This document shows, one piece after another, positions 37,560 to 42,650 of a stretch of DNA of 42,650 bases. Every line of letters begins with the position of its first letter. Within the stretch, counting starts at the first letter, position 1. The notes beneath the pieces were generated by a model. That model made no database searches and was not told the origin of the DNA. It was given only the letters and a program-made list of their open reading frames with translations. The position numbers were made by a program, and so were the translations under genes. This stretch comes from Campylobacterales bacterium (GTDB taxonomy: Bacteria > Campylobacterota > Campylobacteria > Campylobacterales > SZUA-545): contig JAOXRY010000233.1 in assembly GCA_025800305.1 (NCBI GenBank), positions 1 through 42,650 on the forward strand. Direction: 5' to 3'.

Positions 37560-38711
37560 TTAGATTCTAAATCTAAAAATATAGTTAAACTCTAAAGAGA
37601 GTTCATTTTCTTGCCAAACTTCATCAATACCAGTTCTATCAAATTTCCACTCTCTTCTTTTATAATTTATATCTGTAAAGAGATATTGAAATCCAAACTT
37701 TTTAAAAGCTCCAAAGCCAAGTCCCAATGAAACATGAGTTGGAAAGAAATCATCAGAATAAGTCTTACCAATTCCTGCTGTGTATTTCATATAAGGAGTT
37801 GAGTTCAACCAAAAAGTTTGGAATTTTGTAGGATTTGGAATGATATATTCCAACTTTACTTCATCCATTTCAGGATCTGTTGTATAAGAAAGAAAATATA
37901 TAGGGTCAATTCTTCCATCCATAAAAGCATAAGTTAAACCAACTCTTCCTACGAGTTTACTTTTATCTTTACTGCTTGTAGTACCTTCTACAGATCTTTG
38001 TAAAAAAGTTCCTGATGTATTGATACCAAAATAGTGCCTATTACCCTTTCTGTTATCAATTGTGTCTTTTTTTTGTTTTTTATTTGTATTTATAATTGTA
38101 ACTCTTTCACCATCGAAAATGGCTTTTTCACCTTTTTTTAGTGTAAAGTTGTCTCTTTCTATTTCTCTTCTACTGTCTTGATATTTGATTTTGAAAGTTT
38201 CAATGCCACTGGGAGCTTTAATATTCACTTTTCCTTTAAGAACATTAACACTATCTTGTGTAGGAAGATAAGCGTTTAAAATATTGTTATTTTTTGCGAT
38301 AATATCTAACTTATTGTTTTTTCCTCTCATCCTACCAAAGTCTGTATCTACAGTTAGATTTTTTTTTCCTGAGGTATATTCCACATTTCCAAAAAGCTGA
38401 CCAATCCCAGATTTATTAACAACAAATCTACTCTCTTTTTTCATTTTTACAGATGCACCACCGACAAACTTTATATCAGTTTGTCCTGTGTTTTGAGTGA
38501 TAATATCTCCAGCGTGAATACTATCACCTTTTCTGATATAGTCGATAGAGTCTCTTTTGATTTTTAAAATATCTCCATCACCTGTAGTATTAGTAATAGT
38601 CCCAATTCTATTTTGAGGGAACCCAGTAAGGTTGAGCTGATATTTTTTTATAAGTTCTTGACCTTGAAGTGTGGAAAATAGAAATAAAGTTAGTAGTAAT
38701 AGTAATCTCAT
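37560..38711 (-). CDS. Secreted FecR-like domain fused to predicted small outer-membrane beta-barrel (paralog B)
   Basis: Same architecture as paralog A. The N-terminal ~110 aa and C-terminal ~150 aa are highly similar, while the central ~100 aa diverge. It ends ..FNYIFRFRI. The gap to paralog A is 2 nt. Confidence 0.65.
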   Translation of the reverse strand: MRLLLLLTLFLFSTLQGQELIKKYQLNLTGFPQNRIGTITNTTGDGDILKIKRDSIDYIRKGDSIHAGDIITQNTGQTDIKFVGGASVKMKKESRFVVNKSGIGQLFGNVEYTSGKKNLTVDTDFGRMRGKNNKLDIIAKNNNILNAYLPTQDSVNVLKGKVNIKAPSGIETFKIKYQDSRREIERDNFTLKKGEKAIFDGERVTIINTNKKQKKDTIDNRKGNRHYFGINTSGTFLQRSVEGTTSSKDKSKLVGRVGLTYAFMDGRIDPIYFLSYTTDPEMDEVKLEYIIPNPTKFQTFWLNSTPYMKYTAGIGKTYSDDFFPTHVSLGLGFGAFKKFGFQYLFTDINYKRREWKFDRTGIDEVWQENELSLEFNYIFRFRI

Positions 38712-38738
38712 AAGGATTACTTTAGCAAATTATATGCC

Positions 38739-39956
38739 TTAATCTACAACTATTTTTTTACGCATTAATGCATTGGCAACAGCATCAACAATATAGTCGT
38801 AGGCTTCTTTTGTTCCTTCAAACATATTATTTTGCTTAGTCATAGTTCCTTCTTCTGACTTTAACTGAATTCTTAAACCATCAATTTTCTTTTTTAATTT
38901 GAACTCTTTTTCTGCCCTTTCTTTAGACATTTTTTCAAATTTTGATTTGTTTATTCTAGCTGTAATATCAGCCTGTTTAGCATCTTCTATTAGATCTTTT
39001 TGTTTTCTTATTTTTTCTTCAATATCAGATCTTTTTTCCATTGAAGCAGTCGCATTAAGATCTCTTCCATAGTTAGATAAAACACTACGAAGATCTTGAA
39101 GTCTTTCTCCACTTTCACTGTATGTAATAATAGCTTCTATCTTCTCATTTTCTATTCTATCTCTTGACTCTTCAAGTTCTTCAAGCTCTTTTTTTAGAGT
39201 TTCTATTTTTTCTGCCAAATCTTCTGTTTGCTGAAGATTTTTATTTTTGATTGTTAGTTCTTTTAGGTGTTTCGCAACAACTGGTCTAATTGTAGAAACG
39301 TGCCATTGCCTTTTTTTTCTATCTATGATTTCAGGAGTCTTAAATCTAATCCCTCCATCACCTAAAACAGTTTTTCCATAATATTCTAAAAAAGTCTCGG
39401 CTTTTCTACTTACAAGCATCTTTGACAAAAGTTCTTCTGCCAAAGAGTCATTTAGATATGCAAAGTTGTCTCTTATGATATCCAATGAAACTTCTGTAGC
39501 AGACTCTTTATTTCCATTGGCAAACTGATAGACAGCTTTATAAAAAGCAGTTTTAACGTAAGCTAAATAAGATGATTCCCAAATACGATTGTTTATAAGG
39601 CTAAAATCAAGATCTTTATCACATAACTCATGGATAACATCTTTTACAAACCCTAATTCATCTCCACCTGTAACAGCTTCACGAAGACTAAAAACAGAAA
39701 CTTCTTCTTGTGCTTTTGGAATTACTTTAACAGCTAGTTTATCTCTTCCTTTAAAAAATACAGAAACGTGTCCTACACTTCCCCAAAAGTCTTTTAAAGC
39801 TTGTCTGATTTCATCTTTATAGTCAGCTATTTGACCATCACTGTTAAGTGAAATTTGTTGTGCTAAAGATTGTACATGGTGAGGAGAAAAATCTGTATCT
39901 GTAGAATCCCCTGTGAAATTCTCAAAAAGATAATCTTTAGTTAGTTCGTAAACCAC
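38739..39956 (-). CDS. 405-aa cytoplasmic protein, globular N-half + coiled-coil C-half, unknown function
   Basis: GTG start (MVYELTKDY...). No signal peptide or TM segment. Residues ~230-370 are Lys/Glu-rich heptad-like (LAEKIETLKKELEELEESRDRIENEK...). It lies 27 nt upstream of paralog B. Confidence 0.65.
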   Translation of the reverse strand: MVYELTKDYLFENFTGDSTDTDFSPHHVQSLAQQISLNSDGQIADYKDEIRQALKDFWGSVGHVSVFFKGRDKLAVKVIPKAQEEVSVFSLREAVTGGDELGFVKDVIHELCDKDLDFSLINNRIWESSYLAYVKTAFYKAVYQFANGNKESATEVSLDIIRDNFAYLNDSLAEELLSKMLVSRKAETFLEYYGKTVLGDGGIRFKTPEIIDRKKRQWHVSTIRPVVAKHLKELTIKNKNLQQTEDLAEKIETLKKELEELEESRDRIENEKIEAIITYSESGERLQDLRSVLSNYGRDLNATASMEKRSDIEEKIRKQKDLIEDAKQADITARINKSKFEKMSKERAEKEFKLKKKIDGLRIQLKSEEGTMTKQNNMFEGTKEAYDYIVDAVANALMRKKIVVD

Positions 39957-39967
39957 AGACTATCCAA

Positions 39968-40159
39968 TTAAGCGCTCATCCTAAGTTGCAATCCAAGACC
40001 CTTTTTGTCTCTTAGGGTATATCTTGCATCGCTTAATGGCTTATGTATTGCAAAGTATGCAGGTTCTGTCATAGCCTTTTCTACAATAGCTCTGTAGATG
40101 CTTTTTATTGTTGTTATCTCTGGTTTTGTTTGTTGCTCTTTATTTTCCATAATATACAT
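39968..40159 (-). CDS. Small hypothetical protein (about 60-73 aa)
   Basis: The track ORF starts at a TTG at 40189. That extension overlaps the putative -10 of the divergent pilin operon, so I prefer the first ATG (MYIMENKEQQ...). No family recognised. Its stop is 11 nt before the 405-aa gene's start. Confidence 0.4.
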   Translation of the reverse strand: MYIMENKEQQTKPEITTIKSIYRAIVEKAMTEPAYFAIHKPLSDARYTLRDKKGLGLQLRMSA

Positions 40160-40174
40160 ATCGGAAATCTTAGG

Positions 40175-40180
40175 TATAAT
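40175..40180 (+). promoter_or_regulatory. Putative -10 box (TATAAT) of the pseudopilin operon
   Basis: A perfect TATAAT lies 23 nt upstream of the TTG start at 40204, with AAAGG (40192-40196) in between as a Shine-Dalgarno. Confidence 0.4.
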
Positions 40181-40203
40181 TTTAGTCAAATAAAGGCTAT
40201 TTT

Positions 40204-40806
40204 TTGAAAAAATATCACAACAGATTTGGCTTCTCTTTGATAGAACTGATTATGACTGTCGTTATAATTGGAATAGCTTTTATTGCTATCCCTTTAATCC
40301 TAGAAAATAGTACAAGAACAGCAGGTTGGTTGGCAAACTCGCCAGGTATTTTCCATGGGGCTGCAAAAACACAAATTGTAAGAAGTAAATTTTGGGATGA
40401 GAATAATCTTACAAATGTTTTGCAAACTGCTGAAGCAGGTTTAATGTGTGGAACTGATAATAGAAGAGATGGACACTATACTGGAAGAGGAAGAAGACAG
40501 TGTGGAGGTGAGACTCCAACAACAGTTTTTGGTGCTGATGGAAATGATGGAAATGATATTGATGATTATCATGGAGAAAATGATACAGAGGTAGAAGATA
40601 GGTTTGATATTCTTACAAGTGTAAGGTACATAGCATATGATGGTAGTGGTGGAAACTTTACTTTAAATACCAGTAGTGGAACTCCTACAAATATAAAAGA
40701 GATACAAGTAGAAGTACAGAACAATGGAAGAAAAATAGCATCTTATGTTTACTATGGAGCAAATATTGGTGTAGATAAACCTTTCATCAAGGATAACGAA
40801 AATTGA
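40204..40806 (+). CDS. Prepilin-type N-terminal cleavage/methylation domain protein (minor pilin/pseudopilin)
   Basis: TTG start. MKKYHNRFG|FSLIELIMTVVIIGIAF shows the class III signal peptide with G-1, F+1 and E+5. Confidence 0.8.
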   Translation: MKKYHNRFGFSLIELIMTVVIIGIAFIAIPLILENSTRTAGWLANSPGIFHGAAKTQIVRSKFWDENNLTNVLQTAEAGLMCGTDNRRDGHYTGRGRRQCGGETPTTVFGADGNDGNDIDDYHGENDTEVEDRFDILTSVRYIAYDGSGGNFTLNTSSGTPTNIKEIQVEVQNNGRKIASYVYYGANIGVDKPFIKDNEN

Positions 40807-41699
40807 GAAAACCCTCTTTTACTCTTATTGAAGTTGTTTTTGTTGTTGTTATATTAGGAATCTTAGGTAGTTTAAGTAGTGAAATAGTCCTTAGAATTTA
40901 TTACTCATATATTACTCAAAGAGGAATTCAAAGTCTTGAAATACGATTAAAAACCGTTTTAGAGCAAGTTGGAAAATATACAAAACATTCTATAAAACCA
41001 TCCGTTGTTTTACTGCGTAGTGGGAATTATCAAAGTATAAATGATGTGACTTTTCAAACAGGAGCTCTTCTTCAAGATAGATCTGTAGGGTATTTTTGGA
41101 TAGGAAAAGATATAGAGAGTCAGCAAGGAATATGGAATGGAACCCAACTTTTCCCAGGGTATAGTGGAGTTTTAGATCTTTCTAAATCCAATGGAGTAGA
41201 TTTAAACACAACAAATTCTGATTTAAGTTATATTCCTAGGATTGTTAACAGTATTACAAGTATAGATCCATACAATCAAACTTCTGCAATCTATTTTCCC
41301 TATGGAAATAGTACAGGAACAGTCCAAGAGAGATTTTGGAACAATAATCCATCTTCGTTATTTCCAATTAGCTCTTTTAACTCTTCTACTAGCAGTATGA
41401 CATTGGCTAGAAGACCCAATGAGTTGGGAGATCTTTATTTTTTGAGTTATTCAGCTTACGGTGTAAGACTTAATAAGGATACTCTTGAGTTAGTCTGGAA
41501 CTTTAGACCATGGAATAATGAGAATTTTAATAGTGGACAGACACTAATTCTAGCAAATAACATAACACAATTTAGGGCGTGGAGTGAAAGTGGTGGTTCT
41601 ATCATTAGGTTTTATATCTGTGGTACAGATGGTGACATTTTAAAGGCATTAGGAAGAGATGATTGGGAGCACTGTAAAGAGAGTGTCGTAGTAAGATGA
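40803..41699 (+). CDS. Prepilin-type N-terminal domain protein (minor pilin/pseudopilin, PilW/GspJ-sized)
   Basis: TTG start overlapping the previous stop (TTGA). MRKPS|FTLIEVVFVVVILGIL has F+1 and E+5, with Ser at -1. Confidence 0.75.
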   Translation: MRKPSFTLIEVVFVVVILGILGSLSSEIVLRIYYSYITQRGIQSLEIRLKTVLEQVGKYTKHSIKPSVVLLRSGNYQSINDVTFQTGALLQDRSVGYFWIGKDIESQQGIWNGTQLFPGYSGVLDLSKSNGVDLNTTNSDLSYIPRIVNSITSIDPYNQTSAIYFPYGNSTGTVQERFWNNNPSSLFPISSFNSSTSSMTLARRPNELGDLYFLSYSAYGVRLNKDTLELVWNFRPWNNENFNSGQTLILANNITQFRAWSESGGSIIRFYICGTDGDILKALGRDDWEHCKESVVVR

Positions 41700-42085
41700 A
41701 AATAAAGAAAGCTTTTGCTCTTCCTTTTGCGATTATGGTTATGTTTATTATGGGAACTTTAGGAGTTTATTCTATGTATATATCTTCTCAAACAGTAAAC
41801 CTTATAGTTGATGAAGATGTTCAAGTTCAACTAGAACTTTATGGCGATAGTGCAGAGGAGCTATCTCTTTTGTGGCTAAGTGAAAGCAAACAACGGAGCC
41901 AAAAAAATAGTGATATTAATTTCTCTTTTGAAGGTGGACGGTATAACTTTAGAGTTTTGATTTGGGATGTGAATATCGATCACGTTCAAGAGAGTAATGG
42001 AACGGTAATTATGGATATTTTAGGAGAGACAATAGTTACTGGTGAGACAAAAAGAATAACAAAAAGAGTGGTAAGAAAGCCGTGA
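41696..42085 (+). CDS. Pilin-like protein lacking Glu+5 (PilX/GspK-like position)
   Basis: ATGA overlap with the previous gene. MKIKKAFALPFAIMVMFIMGTLGV has a hydrophobic pilin-like N-terminal helix without E+5. Confidence 0.6.
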   Translation: MKIKKAFALPFAIMVMFIMGTLGVYSMYISSQTVNLIVDEDVQVQLELYGDSAEELSLLWLSESKQRSQKNSDINFSFEGGRYNFRVLIWDVNIDHVQESNGTVIMDILGETIVTGETKRITKRVVRKP

Positions 42086-42650
42086 TAAAAAGAGGATTCA
42101 CTATTATAGAACTAATTTTTGTCATTATTTTAGTTGGTATACTTTCAAGTGTAGCTCTTTCAACTGTACAAACTCAAAATAAACTTTTAGTAGCAACAGA
42201 GCAAATCATAAGACATATAAACTATACAAAACATTTGGCAATGACAGATGATAAGTTTACTCCAGTTCAAATAAAAGAAGATGGAGATGGTGATAATGAC
42301 CTTGATGATCAACGAAAAGGAAGTCAATTTTGGTATAAAAAGAATTGGCAGATTCTTTTTGGATATAAAAGTGTAGATGGCAATAGAGAGTATTTTTATT
42401 CTATTTTTTCTGATAGACCTACTGATAATGATACAAATGGAGAGTATACAGGTACACCATCTTCCAATGAAGTAGCCTTTGACCCTCATGAAAACAACAA
42501 GATGTCAGCACATAGTAATGTCAATGATGAAAATATAATAATGAATTTGACGAGAACTTACGGAATTCAAGAACATATAGGATTTTCCAAAGGTTGTGAT
42601 AGTAACAGAAGAAAAATCATGTTTGATAGTTTTGGCAGACCTTACAATGG
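42082..42650 (+). CDS. Prepilin-type N-terminal domain protein, GspH/FimT-like (partial, runs off window)
   Basis: Absent from the ORF track. GTG at 42082 overlaps the previous stop (GTGA). I translated it by hand: VIKRG|FTIIELIFVIILVGILSSVALSTVQ..., with no stop before 42650. It has G-1, F+1 and E+5. Confidence 0.75.
   Translation, partial: MIKRGFTIIELIFVIILVGILSSVALSTVQTQNKLLVATEQIIRHINYTKHLAMTDDKFTPVQIKEDGDGDNDLDDQRKGSQFWYKKNWQILFGYKSVDGNREYFYSIFSDRPTDNDTNGEYTGTPSSNEVAFDPHENNKMSAHSNVNDENIIMNLTRTYGIQEHIGFSKGCDSNRRKIMFDSFGRPYN

Larger units (their letters stand above)
36439..38711 (-). repeat. Tandem gene duplication (paralogs A and B)
   Basis: Head-to-tail copies. Nucleotide identity is high at the gene ends, including an identical 33-nt run AGTTCTATCAAATTTCCACTCTCTTCTTTTATA at 36511-36543 and 37632-37664. 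Confidence 0.8.

Noticed and set aside
1302-39822. About 33 short (60-138 aa) track ORFs lying inside longer, well-supported genes, all but one antisense. Examples: 1302-1505, 4109-4417, 6173-6355, 7325-7597, 7753-7959, 9556-9777, 10161-10388, 11622-11852, 12153-12341, 12611-12853, 14352-14609, 14993-15193, 15694-15921, 17486-17686, 18388-18603, 19668-19868, 23813-24016, 24838-25086, 25409-25765, 26386-26670, 26980-27345, 28296-28493, 28597-28806, 29245-29472, 29533-29772, 33298-33504, 33657-33908, 34104-34355, 35501-35698, 39589-39822.
   Set aside because: They are shadow ORFs. Their translations are low-complexity (Phe/Ser/Leu-rich mirrors of Lys/Glu-rich sense codons), they have no Shine-Dalgarno sites or recognisable motifs, and the opposite strand carries proteins with clear family signatures.
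42187-42489. 100-aa minus-strand track ORF near the window end.
   Set aside because: The plus strand carries an open frame from GTG 42082 with a textbook prepilin leader (KRG|FTIIELIF) that is translationally coupled to the preceding pilin gene. The minus-strand product is Ile/Cys-rich with no features.
1-42650. Looked for CRISPR arrays, tRNA/rRNA genes, IS elements/transposases/integrases, prophage genes, toxin-antitoxin pairs, restriction-modification genes and long poly-G/poly-C phase-variation tracts.
   Set aside because: None found by eye. The longest intergenic region is ~186 nt. The only sizeable nucleotide repeat is the tandem paralog pair at 36439-38711. The longest G or C runs I saw are 5 nt. 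A computational repeat/tRNA scan would be needed to be certain.

Overview
AT-rich, almost fully coding chromosomal window of about 40 genes, with no intergenic gap longer than about 190 nt. It reads like a Campylobacterota genome (Arcobacter/Sulfurimonas-like). That taxon call is an inference from PglA/PglC/PglF-type enzymes, a Csd4/Pgp1-type cell-shape peptidase and an HQWRQPLN-type histidine kinase. Recognisable content: pglA-pglC; an MCP; mutY; a complete AcnD/PrpF-type methylcitrate operon (prpE-prpB-prpC-acnD-prpF, 5155-12920, visibly more GC-rich than its flanks); rnhB; a lipoprotein kexin-like subtilase with a P-domain plus a small prodomain-like gene downstream; pcm; pglF; an M15 peptidase + csd4/pgp1 pair; cvpA; an HBD-type rnhA; and four translationally coupled prepilin-type genes. 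The last prepilin gene (42082 to the window end) is missing from the ORF track. I saw no rRNA, tRNA, CRISPR array, transposase/integrase or long homopolymeric G/C tract. Known families do not explain three tightly packed minus-strand operons. Each contains a secreted FecR-domain protein next to signalling parts and large uncharacterised proteins. Operon X (21695->14085): degenerate Hpt / pseudo-receiver / HDOD protein, rnhB, FecR protein, receiver-PAS regulator, 1106-aa coiled-coil giant. Operon Y (35176->29067): sensor kinase, FecR protein, DUF2779 Cas4-like/DEDD-like nuclease, AAA_14/DUF4143 protein with a degenerate P-loop, HBD-RNase HI; a divergent receiver-PAS-degenerate-GGDEF regulator sits alongside. 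Operon Z (40189->36439): small protein, 405-aa coiled-coil protein, and two tandem paralogs that fuse a FecR-like domain to a predicted small outer-membrane beta-barrel; it is divergent from the pseudopilin operon. These are my best candidates for an undescribed system. All functional readings of them are inference and need profile/structure searches and neighbourhood-conservation checks that I cannot run here.
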